Both the position numbers and the translations under genes were made by a program. Below are positions 7,911 to 17,061 of a stretch of 64,000 nucleotides of DNA, one piece after another. This DNA comes from an uncultured Gemmatimonadaceae bacterium (GTDB lineage Bacteria; Gemmatimonadota; Gemmatimonadetes; Gemmatimonadales; Gemmatimonadaceae): NCBI GenBank assembly GCA_963761305.1, contig CAVXGK010000002.1:128001-192000 (forward strand). Direction: 5' to 3'. Under the pieces are notes generated by a model that was not told where the DNA came from, made no database searches, and was given only the letters and a program-made list of their open reading frames with translations. Position 1 is the stretch's first letter. Each line of letters begins with the position of its first letter.

Positions 7911-10579
7911 TTACTCGGCGCGCAGCACGATTGCCGGGTCGGTGCGCTGCGCGCGCACGGCAGGTACGTACGCCGCGATCATGGCGACGACGAGCAGCAG
8001 CGAACCGGATGCGGCAAGCGTGAGGAGATCCGTTGGCCTGATGCCGAACAGCAGCGCCTGCAGCCCGCGCGTCACGGCAAGCGATGCGAGTACCCCGATG
8101 AGGAGTCCCGTGCACGCGATCGCGAAGGCGTGGCTCATCACGGCTAGGCCGAGGCGGCTTGGCGTGGCGCCAAGCGCCAGGCGGAGACTCAATTCGCGGC
8201 TGCGTTGACGCACGGTCGTCGCCATGACGCCGAACAGACCAACCGCCGCGAGCAGCACCGCCGCGCCGGCGAAGAGGCCGAGCAGGAGGGCGTTCATTCG
8301 CGGCTGCGCCAACGCGTCGCCGACGTACGTCTCGAACGGGACCGCACTCGCGACGGCGACGCCTGGCGCATCCTCTCCGACGATTCGCCGCAAAATCGGC
8401 GCGAGGGCGGAGGGTGCTCCTGTCGTGGAGATGACCAGCGTTGTTGGCGCGAACGGGAACGGTGACTGACGAAGCGGCAGATAGACGCGGGGCCGCGGAT
8501 TGCGCAGGTCGCGATAGTGCGTGTCACCGACGACGCCCACGACGGTGATCAAATCGTGGAGTCCGCGCGCGAGACGCTTGCCGATCGGATCGGCGCCGGG
8601 CCAGTACTGGCGCGCCATCGATTCGCTCACGATGGCAACCGGCGGCGTTCCTTGGCGATCGTCGTCGGTGAAGCCGCGGCCTCGCACGATCGGTATGCCG
8701 AGTGTGGCGAACGCGTTCGGTGTGGCCAGCTCGTAGTCGACCACCGGGTTGCGCGCTTCCTCGACAGCTGTTTGTCCCTCCGCGGCGATTCTCCCGAAGA
8801 CGCCGCCCACTGGTGCGAAGGGCGGCGTGTACACCGGCGCGACGGCGCGTACTCCCGAGACGGACGAAAGGCGCGCCGAGAGCTGGCTCACGAGCTCGCG
8901 CTGGGCGTCGGCGTCGCCCACGTAGCGCTTCGGCAGTGCCAGCTCCAGTACGAGGAGGCGCGCCGGATCGAGCGCCATCGGCACGCGGCCAAGTGATTCG
9001 AGACTTCGCGCGACGAGTCCGGCAACGCAGAGAACGAGCACGGCGATGCCCATTTGCGCGACGACGAGCGATTGCGCGCCTCGGCGGAATCGTCGGCTGC
9101 CGCCGCTCTGCTGAGACCCGGAGCGCAAAGCCTCCTGCACGTCCACGCGCGACGCCGTAACGCTCGGCACCACCGCGAAGAGAAGCATCGAGAGCGTCGT
9201 GACGACGATCGCCGCCGCGATGGTCGCGGCGCCGACGTGTATCTCGGCCAGTCGTGGCGTGTCCGCGGGCGCGAGCGCGACGAAGCCCTTGACCGCCGCC
9301 ACGGCGAGTCCGGCCCCGACGATGCCGCCCGCCGCGGCGAGCAACATGCTTTCGCTCAACAGCTGACCGACGAGCCGTGCGCGGCCGGCGCCAAGCGCCG
9401 CGCGCACGGCGAGCTCGCGCACGCGACCGAGTCCGCGCACGAGCAGCAGGTTCGCGACGTTGATGCACGTGATGAGCAGCAGCAAGGCGGCCGCGGCGCC
9501 GAAGGCAATCACCGCAGGTCCGACGTTGCCGACGATTTCGTGCGTGAGTGAACCACATGCCCTTGGATTCGCCACGTCGGGACCGTCGCGGCGAAGAAAC
9601 GTGTGAGCTCAGTTCGCGCACTGGCCACGGACGCTCCGCGGCGCAGCCGGCCAAGCGCATTCAGCTCGGCGTAGATGGGTTGATCGCCAAGGGAACCCGA
9701 GTTCGGCACGACAGGTGTCCAGAAGTCCACGCCTTGCGGATAATCCAGTGCGCGCGGCATGACACCGACGACGGTGTATGCGGTGCCGTTGTAGTGCAGA
9801 ATCATCCGGCGTCCGATCACCGCCGAGTCGCCGCCGAAGAAACGCCGCCACGCGGCGAAGCTCAGCACCGCCACCGGTGCGGCGCCGCGGACGTCGTCCT
9901 CGTGGCGGAGGGCGCGTCCGAGCAGCGGCGCGGTGCCGAGGAAATCGAAATAGTTGCCCGAGACGAGCGAGCGACGAAGCTGTACGACGCCGACGTCGAG
10001 GTCGATGGGCACCCGCTGGGCGCCGCCGTACGCGAAGAACGCGACGTCGTCGAGCGTCTGCGTGCGTCGCGCATATTCCAGCGCGTCGCGGTACAAGAAC
10101 GGGAAATGATCCGTCGTGCCATCCGCCGCCGCGCCCCACAGGACGACGACACGGTCGGGTGCACGCACGGGCAACGGACGGATGAGCAGTGCGTCGGCGA
10201 TCGTATAGACGGCGGTGGCGAGTCCGATGCCGATGGCGAGCGTCAGCGCGACGCTCGTCGTCCAGCCGGGCGCGCGGAGCAGGCCTCGCGTGGCGAGGCG
10301 GAGGTTGTGCCGGAGAGTCTCCACCCGTTCGCGCCAGCCCATCCGCCGAAGCTGGCGGCGATCGTGCGTGCGCAGTAGTTGTGCGACCCGCTCGACATCG
10401 CCGAAGCGTTCACGCGCCAGCTGCACGGCGTCGGCGCGCGCGAAGCCTTGCCGCTCGTAATCGGCGATGCGCTCGCCGAGATGAAATCGAAGCTCGTCCT
10501 CGACGTCGGCGTCGGCGTTCACGCCAAAGAAACGAAGGTAGCGGCGCCATGCACCACGAGGGGTATTCAATGTAGTCAC
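7911..10579 (-). pseudogene. ADOP-family duplicated ABC permease (MacB_PCD/FtsX), split by one frameshift near 9550
   Basis: The N-terminal half (10579-9509: DVEDELRFHL, TLAIGIGLATA) and C-terminal half (9575-7911: LLITCINVANLLL..RELAVRAALGAGR, ...DPAIVLRAE) join by a 1-nt frameshift. Either a real lesion or a sequencing error. Confidence 0.85.
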
Positions 10580-10592
10580 GAGCCGCTCCCGG

Positions 10593-10643
10593 CTCCCTGT
10601 CGCGTCTATGGGAGATGCTAGTGTCGCGGCGCGTCAGATTCAA
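10593..10643 (-). promoter_or_regulatory. sigma70-type promoter of ADOP gene followed by an imperfect palindrome
   Basis: Minus strand TTGAAT (10643-10638), N17, TAGCAT (10620-10615), then CTCCCATAG...GGGAG (10614-10593). Confidence 0.55.
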
Positions 10644-10701
10644 GGGTCGGAATGGCGTGGGGGATCTGCTGGCTCGGAGTGTGCCAGGGACTGCCACGCC
10701 C

Positions 10702-10751
10702 TTGTCGGACATACGTCGCCGACCTACTCTTACCATAGGCAGACTATGGTA
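10702..10751 (+). promoter_or_regulatory. padR promoter and palindromic operator
   Basis: TTGTCG (10702-10707), N17, TACTCT (10725-10730), then immediately TACCATAG-gcaga-CTATGGTA (10731-10751). Confidence 0.7.
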
Positions 10752-10759
10752 GGCGCCTC

Positions 10760-11101
10760 GTGGGAAGCGACGACCTCCGGCGCGAGATACCGCCCGGCAC
10801 GCTGTACATGCTGATCCTCAAGACGCTCAAGCGTTGCGGGCCCCTTCACGGGTTCGGCATCGCGCAGTTCATCGCGCAGACAACCGGCAGCGTGCTCCAA
10901 GTCGAGGAGGGGACGCTCTATCCAGCGCTACAGCGAATGCTGGTGAAAGGCTGGGTAAAAGCCGACTGGCGGCAGACCGAGAACAACCGACGGGCGCGGT
11001 ACTACACGCTGACGCCGGCAGGCAGAAAGCAGCTCCAGGCCGAAGTGGCGGATTTCGAAGCTGTAGTGCGTGCGATCGGTCGCGTCATTCAGCCAGCGTA
11101 G
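10760..11101 (+). CDS. PadR family transcriptional regulator (acidobacterial type)
   Basis: PPGTLYMLILKTL...LHGFGIAQFI...VEEGTLYPALQRM...WRQTENNRRARYYTLT. Confidence 0.95.
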   Translation: MGSDDLRREIPPGTLYMLILKTLKRCGPLHGFGIAQFIAQTTGSVLQVEEGTLYPALQRMLVKGWVKADWRQTENNRRARYYTLTPAGRKQLQAEVADFEAVVRAIGRVIQPA

Positions 11102-11113
11102 CGGAGACGCACA

Positions 11114-13373
11114 ATGTCCTGGCTGGACCAACTATGGCGAAGTTGCATTCGGTTCTTCGCTCGCGATCGTTACACGCGTGAGCTCGAAGAAGAAATCAAC
11201 TCGCATCTCCGGATGCGGGCTGACGAACTCCAGCACGGTGGGATGGAGCATCACGCGGCGATTAGAGCGGCCCGCACGCGATTCGGGAACGTTGCCGAGT
11301 TGACCGAACGGAGCAGGGAGTCTTGGGGCGGCGCGTGGCTCGAGCAACGGGCCCAGGACGCGAAGGTGGCCGCGCGCGGGCTTCGGCGAACGCCGGGCTT
11401 CGCGGTCGCCGCTGTGCTCACTATCGCCTCGGTGTGGCTGCCGCGACCAGCGTGATCACCGTGGCCGAAGGCGTGCTCTTCGCGCCGCTCCCCGTGATCA
11501 ACGCCGATCGCGTGGTCGTTCTCTACGGGCACAATCCGAGCAAACAGCCGGAGCATTTCCCGCTCTCGGGCGCGGAATACACCGCGTTTGCGCGCGAGAC
11601 GCGGACGCTCTCGATGACGGCGGCTGTGGAGTATCACGGCGCCGCGGTCGGGTTTCTCCATCTCGGAGACACCGTTATCACACTGCGCGGGTCGGGCGTG
11701 ACCGGCAGCTTCTTCGACGTTGTCGGCGCTCGCCCCATTCGCGGGCGGCTGCTCAAGGTCGACGACGATCGCAACATCGTTCCGACTCCAACAGTCATCA
11801 GCGAGCGTCTATGGCGACGCGCGTTTGGGAGAGACCCGGCGATCATCGGTCGAGTCATGCAACTCGGTCTGACTCGCGTGCAGATCGTTGGGGTAGCCGA
11901 CGGGCGGCTGGATTATCCCCGTGGCTCCGAGATCTGGTTCTCGTACCGATCTCGGTTCCCGATCACGGATACGCTGCCCGGTTTCCATGACGTCATCGGT
12001 AGGCTCGCGCCGGTATGACACCAAGCAATGCGCAGGAAGAGTTGGGCGCGTTTTCGCCCGGCCCGACGAGCGCATTCAGGCGCGCGTCTCTTGGCCGGCT
12101 TCCTCCAACCCGTTGCCAAACACATTCGCGATGTGATCGTCGGCGACATCTGCCCGGTGCTAGCCATCGTGGCCGCCGCAGTCGGATTGCTCCTCATCGT
12201 GACGTGCGTGAACGTCGCGAATCTGCTGCTCGTGCGCATGCTCGCTCGACGGCGCGAGTTTGCGGTGCGCGCGGCGCTGGGCGCGGGCGCCAACGCATCG
12301 CGCAATACGTCTCATGGAGTGCGCCGTGCTGTCGGCAGCAGGAGGGACGCTCGGCGTTCTGTGCGCGTGGTACCTGGTTCACATTTCGCCGCGGCCGCGC
12401 CGCCAGAAGTCCCGCGTGGGCATACGCTGGCGATGGACGGACGGGCTTTGACCGCGACGCTCGTCTCTGCGTGGTCATCACGATCTTGTAGGTTGTGTCC
12501 CGGCCATCACGAGTACCGGTGTGTCGCTGGCGAGCGACTTACAGGAGCGTCGCCAAGGCCAAGCTGCAACGAACGGTCGTTTGCGCGGTACCCTCGTCGC
12601 AACACAAATCGCGATGGCCGTAACGATGCTCGTGCAGCCATCGTCGTCGCTCGTGGCTTCGATGCGATCGCGCACGAGCGCCTCGGACTTCAGCCCGACC
12701 ATCTGATCGTCGCCCGCATCGCGCAAACGACGAGCGTCGGCGACCAGATGGCGTGGAAGACCACCGTCTTGAATGCGATGCGCGCGTACATGACCGCCCG
12801 GCGTGGCCTCGGCCACGGGTCTGACCGAGGCACCTTCTGGGACGCGGGCAACGATCTCGCCTACAGCTTGCCCGGTGACGCAGCCGGCGCGGCGACCAAC
12901 CGTCCATTCGTGGAGTTCCTGGGTGCGGATCCTGACTACTTCCGGACACTGGGCATCTACGTCGAACGAGGGCGCGTCTTCACCAGCGAGGATCGGGTCG
13001 GGGCACCGTTGGTGGCCGTGGTCGATGAACTGCTTGCGCGCCAAGCGTGGCCGGGCCGTGATCCCCTCGGTCAGCAGATCGGTGTCGGCACCCGCTACTA
13101 CACCGTGGTCGGAGTCGTGGCCCCGACGCGGTATCGCAACCTGCTCACGCCGCGCGCGACGCTCTACACGGACTACGGGCAATCGCCCGTGGCGTCGCCG
13201 GAATTCATTTCTCCGCCGTACTATGTCGCCGTGCGAAGCAACCTCGATCCGGCAAGGCTGATCCCTCAGTTAGGACGAGCGGTTCACGCGTCCGACGGCC
13301 GCTTGTTCCTCGCAGACGCCGTCACGCTGGGGATCGCATTGACGAGAACCTGGCGGTGCAGCGGCTCGGAGCC
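11114..13373 (+). pseudogene. ADOP-family permease pseudogene (multiple frameshifts, 3' truncated)
   Basis: ADOP motifs (ELEEEINSHL, RRTPGFAVAAVLT, LLIVTCVNVANLLL..RRREFAVRAALGAG, GRVFTSEDRVGAPLVAVV) are spread over ORFs 11114-11455, 11323-12018, 12028-13464 and short ORFs in other frames. The final FtsX domain is missing. Confidence 0.85.
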
Positions 13374-13375
13374 TT

Positions 13376-13445
13376 CCGCGCTCGCCACGGCGACGCCAGG
13401 CGAATCCTCTCCCACGCTGCGTCGTAGAGTCGGCGCGAGGGCCGA
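13376..13445 (-). pseudogene. Orphan fragment of an opposite-strand ADOP paralog
   Basis: 58/70 nt identical to 8342-8411 (counted by hand). Minus strand reads SALAPTLRRSVGEDSPGVAVASA versus SALAPILRRIVGEDAPGVAVASA. Confidence 0.75.
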
Positions 13446-13472
13446 CGTGCTCCGGCGAGGCTAGATCTCGTT

Positions 13473-16010
13473 CTAGTCGGCTCTCAACGACTCGATAGGA
13501 TCGATGCGCGCCGCACGAATGGCCGGTGGCAGCGACGCCATTAACGCAGTCGCCGCGACAAGCAACGCCGTCGACACAATGGCCACCGGGTCCGTCGCGT
13601 CGACGCCATACGCGATCGTCGCCAGTCCTCGTTGCAGGACGAGATAGCCGACTCCGCCGCTGACGACACCCGTCGCCGTCAAGATCCACGCGCCCTGCAT
13701 CACGCTGCCCAACAACTCGCGCGGCTGTGCGCCGAGCGCGAGCCGGATCGCGAGTTCCTTCCGGCGCTGGCTCGTGGCGTAACTCAACACCGCGTAGATA
13801 CCCAGCAACGCCAGCGCAAGCGAGAGCACCGCGAATCCGACGAGGAGCCACGACGCGATTTCCCGCGGGCCCGCGGAGCGAGACACCAATGTCGTCAGCG
13901 GTTCGACGCTGAACACCGCGAGCTCGGGGTCTGCATCGTGCACCGCGTGACGAATGAGCGCCGCCGCCGTTCCGAGTGGGAGATCCGTTCGTACGACGAT
14001 CGTCTGCTGGTTTTGTGTAGCAGCGACGGGGAAATAGATCGCCCCGTCGTCGAATCGTGTGCTCAGGTCGGACTGTTTCACGGCGCCGACGACGCCGACG
14101 ATGCGATATCCCGGTGCCCAGGGGCCCATGATCTTACCGACGGCGTTCTCTCCCGGAAATAGTCGCCGGGCGAGCGTTTGGTCGATCACCACACTGAATT
14201 GAAGCTGCTTCGGATAGGCGCGGACCTGGTTCTCCTGCTCCTGTCCCGTGAACCCGTGACCGGTGACAAAGGGAATCCTCATTACGCGGAAGTAATCGGC
14301 GTCGACGTCCCACAGATCGGCTGCGAGTGCGTTCCGCCGATCCGGTGTGATCTCCGACGTTACCTGCACACGGTGCATCGCAGCCTCGAGCGCGCCGCCA
14401 TATCCGAACGGCGTGATATCCACGGTGCTCGCCGCCTCGACGCCGGGCGACGCGCGCAGCTCGGCGAGGAGATGTTCATGAAGCGCCAGCGACCGTACCG
14501 CACCGGCCAGCGCCGTATCCGGATACCGCGAGAAGGGAAGCAGGATTTGCGCGGTGACAACGTGCGATGGATCGAATCCCGGTTTCACGGCGAGGAGCCG
14601 CACGACGCTGCGAACGGCGAGGGCGCAGCCGAGCGACAACATCAACGCCATCGCGATTTGTACGACGACTGCGACGCGAAGGAACCGGCTGCGTCCGACA
14701 CCCGCCGACTGTCCCCGCGAGCTGATCGCACCAAAGACGTCGCGCGGATCGGCTTTCGCCGCGCGAAGAGCCGGCCCGAGGCTGCACGCCGCGGCGGCCA
14801 ATACCATGACACCTGCCGCGCAGCCGAGAACGAACGGGTCGACGCGAATCGCCCCGAGCTCCGGCACGCGCTCCCCGACGAACCGGCCGACAGCGGCGAT
14901 CAACGCATTGGCAATGAGGAGGCCGAGCAGCCCGCCAAGGACAACCAGAGTGAGCGTCTCGTATCCGAGTTGCCGAACGATTACGCCGCGGCTGCCGCCG
15001 AGTGCCATGCGCACCGCGATCTCGCGCGCTCGTCCAGTGGTGCGGAGGAGAAGCAGGCTGCCGACGTTGGCGCAAGCGATGGCGAGAACGAGCGCCACGG
15101 CCCCGACGAGGAGAAAGAGAATCGATCGAAGCTCGCCGCTCCACGACGTCATGAAACTGCGCGCCTCGATCGGCCTCGATGGGCGCATGGTGTAGTACTG
15201 CGGCTTGCGCGCGGCCCACTCTTGCATCGACGCGGTCAGCTCGCTCTCGAGGCGCCGAAGCGTCATGTCCGGCCGCATTCGAGCGATCGTCGGAACCACC
15301 GCGCCCGCGTACAGGAACGTGTCGGACGCTCGTCGATTGAGAAAGATGTCGAGCGTCTTCGGCGTCCAGAGTTGGGCGCCGAGCGGATACTCGAATCTCG
15401 GCGGGGCGACGCCGATGATCGTGTAGCTGGAGTCGTTGAGCTCGAGCGTCCGGCCGACAGCGTGCGGATCGGCTCCGGTCAAATCGCGCCACAAACCGTA
15501 GCTCAGCACTACGACGCTGGTGGCTTCGCTCCGTTCCTCCTTGCGATCGTAAAATCTGCCGGCGAATGGGTGAATGCCGAAAACGTCGAAGAAATCTCCA
15601 GTCGTCGTGACCGCCGCGACATGTCGCGGTTCGCCGGATCCCGTGAGATTCAAGCTGACCGATCGATACCCGGCGAGCGCGGCGAACAGATCGTGGCGGT
15701 CCTCGAGCGAGAAGACCTCAGCCGCCTGGAGGCCGCCGTGGCTGTCGAGCACCGGGTTGCGGTGTCCGAGCGCAACGAGCCGATCGAGGTGTGAAACGGG
15801 AAGCGGATGGAGCAGCACCGCGTTGACCGCGGACAGGACGACCGTGCTTGCGCCGATGGCCAGGCCAAGCGTGAGCACGACTGCGAGGGAGAAGCCTGGG
15901 CTCGTCCGGAGATACCGGGCGGCGGTGCGGACCGGCTGCGAAACTGGTGCGCGCAATGGACGACCCGGCGAAGGATGGACGCGGCGAACCGTACCGACAA
16001 AGGACACCAT
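13473..16010 (-). CDS. ADOP-family duplicated ABC permease
   Basis: RTSPGFSLAVVLTLGLAIGA, IACANVGSLLL..REIAVRMALGG, SQRRKELAIRLALGA, ...RIDPIESLRAD. Start uncertain; lacks the N-terminal permease prefix. Confidence 0.9.
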   Translation of the reverse strand: MVSFVGTVRRVHPSPGRPLRAPVSQPVRTAARYLRTSPGFSLAVVLTLGLAIGASTVVLSAVNAVLLHPLPVSHLDRLVALGHRNPVLDSHGGLQAAEVFSLEDRHDLFAALAGYRSVSLNLTGSGEPRHVAAVTTTGDFFDVFGIHPFAGRFYDRKEERSEATSVVVLSYGLWRDLTGADPHAVGRTLELNDSSYTIIGVAPPRFEYPLGAQLWTPKTLDIFLNRRASDTFLYAGAVVPTIARMRPDMTLRRLESELTASMQEWAARKPQYYTMRPSRPIEARSFMTSWSGELRSILFLLVGAVALVLAIACANVGSLLLLRTTGRAREIAVRMALGGSRGVIVRQLGYETLTLVVLGGLLGLLIANALIAAVGRFVGERVPELGAIRVDPFVLGCAAGVMVLAAAACSLGPALRAAKADPRDVFGAISSRGQSAGVGRSRFLRVAVVVQIAMALMLSLGCALAVRSVVRLLAVKPGFDPSHVVTAQILLPFSRYPDTALAGAVRSLALHEHLLAELRASPGVEAASTVDITPFGYGGALEAAMHRVQVTSEITPDRRNALAADLWDVDADYFRVMRIPFVTGHGFTGQEQENQVRAYPKQLQFSVVIDQTLARRLFPGENAVGKIMGPWAPGYRIVGVVGAVKQSDLSTRFDDGAIYFPVAATQNQQTIVVRTDLPLGTAAALIRHAVHDADPELAVFSVEPLTTLVSRSAGPREIASWLLVGFAVLSLALALLGIYAVLSYATSQRRKELAIRLALGAQPRELLGSVMQGAWILTATGVVSGGVGYLVLQRGLATIAYGVDATDPVAIVSTALLVAATALMASLPPAIRAARIDPIESLRAD

Positions 16011-16082
16011 CCCTCGAACCGCCCCCGACGCGTTAGTCCGCCGGTCGCGTTGCGACGTCCGCCTTCGATCCGATGGATGGCG

Positions 16083-17054
16083 TTACAGGTGCAACAGCCT
16101 CTCCGCGTTACCGTGCGCGATCCGCTCGCGATCGGCAGGGCTCACCGGCACCTGCTCGAGAAACGCGCGCGCCTGCGCCATCGACGCATACGGGTAGTCG
16201 GCCGAGAACATGATTCGGTCCACGCCGACCTGCATCAGCAGATCGACGAAGGTCGGCAGGTAGTTGAAGCCGCTGAAGGTGTAGTGCACGTTCTCGCGCA
16301 GGTACGCGCTCACCGGCCGCTCGAGCGTCGTGAGCTGCTGCTCCATGATGTCCACGCGCGACATCATGAACGGCAGTCCCTCGCCGAGGTGCCCGACGAC
16401 GACTTGGAGTCGCGGGTGCCGGTCGAACACGCCGCCGAGCACCATCCGAAGCACGTGTACCGCGGTCTCGATGTGCCAGCCCCAACCGGCATTGGCGAAC
16501 ATGTACGTCAGCTCCGGCCGGAATCCGCCGTACCACGCCTCCACCACCGGCGCCGGCGGCTGTGTCGGATGGATGTAGATCGGCACGCCCAGCGATTCAG
16601 CGGTGGCGAGGATCGGCTCGAAGCGCTGGTCGTCGAGATACTTCCCCTGCTGATGACCGTTGACGAGCAGTCCCTTGAATCGGAGCTCGCGGATCGCACG
16701 CTCGAGCTCTCCGACGGCTTGTTCGGGCGCCGCGGTCGGCACCGTCGCGAAGCCGGCGAACCGGTCGGGATGCGCCGCGATCACGCCAGCAAGAAAATCG
16801 TTCGTGTCGCGGGCGAGCGCGATCGCCTCGTCGGCATTCAACTGTTCGACGCCTGGCGAGTTGAGCGAGAGCACCTGCATGTCGATGCCTGCCGCGTCCA
16901 TCTCAGCGATCCGGCCGTTCCCGACGTCGCGGAGGCGCTCGACCACTCCCGCCAACCGGTGCCCGGGCGGGAACTGCCGCTGCATGAGCGATCGGCCCGG
17001 TCCCTCCAGAAAGGCCGGCGTTACGAAATGCTCTTCGAGGGTGATGGTGCGCAT
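16083..17054 (-). CDS. Amidohydrolase_2 family protein (aromatic acid decarboxylase-like)
   Basis: TITLEEHF...RIAEMDAAGIDMQVLS...PIYIHP...FDRHPRLQVVVGHLGEGLP...IMFSADYPY...IAHGNAERLL. Confidence 0.9.
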   Translation of the reverse strand: MRTITLEEHFVTPAFLEGPGRSLMQRQFPPGHRLAGVVERLRDVGNGRIAEMDAAGIDMQVLSLNSPGVEQLNADEAIALARDTNDFLAGVIAAHPDRFAGFATVPTAAPEQAVGELERAIRELRFKGLLVNGHQQGKYLDDQRFEPILATAESLGVPIYIHPTQPPAPVVEAWYGGFRPELTYMFANAGWGWHIETAVHVLRMVLGGVFDRHPRLQVVVGHLGEGLPFMMSRVDIMEQQLTTLERPVSAYLRENVHYTFSGFNYLPTFVDLLMQVGVDRIMFSADYPYASMAQARAFLEQVPVSPADRERIAHGNAERLLHL

Positions 17055-17061
17055 GAATCGC

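Noticed and set aside
7538..16010. ADOP permeases lacking an adjacent ABC ATPase as a novel system
   Set aside because: Orphan status and PadR pairing are the established definition of the ADOP family. Only the operator pattern and rearrangements are reported.
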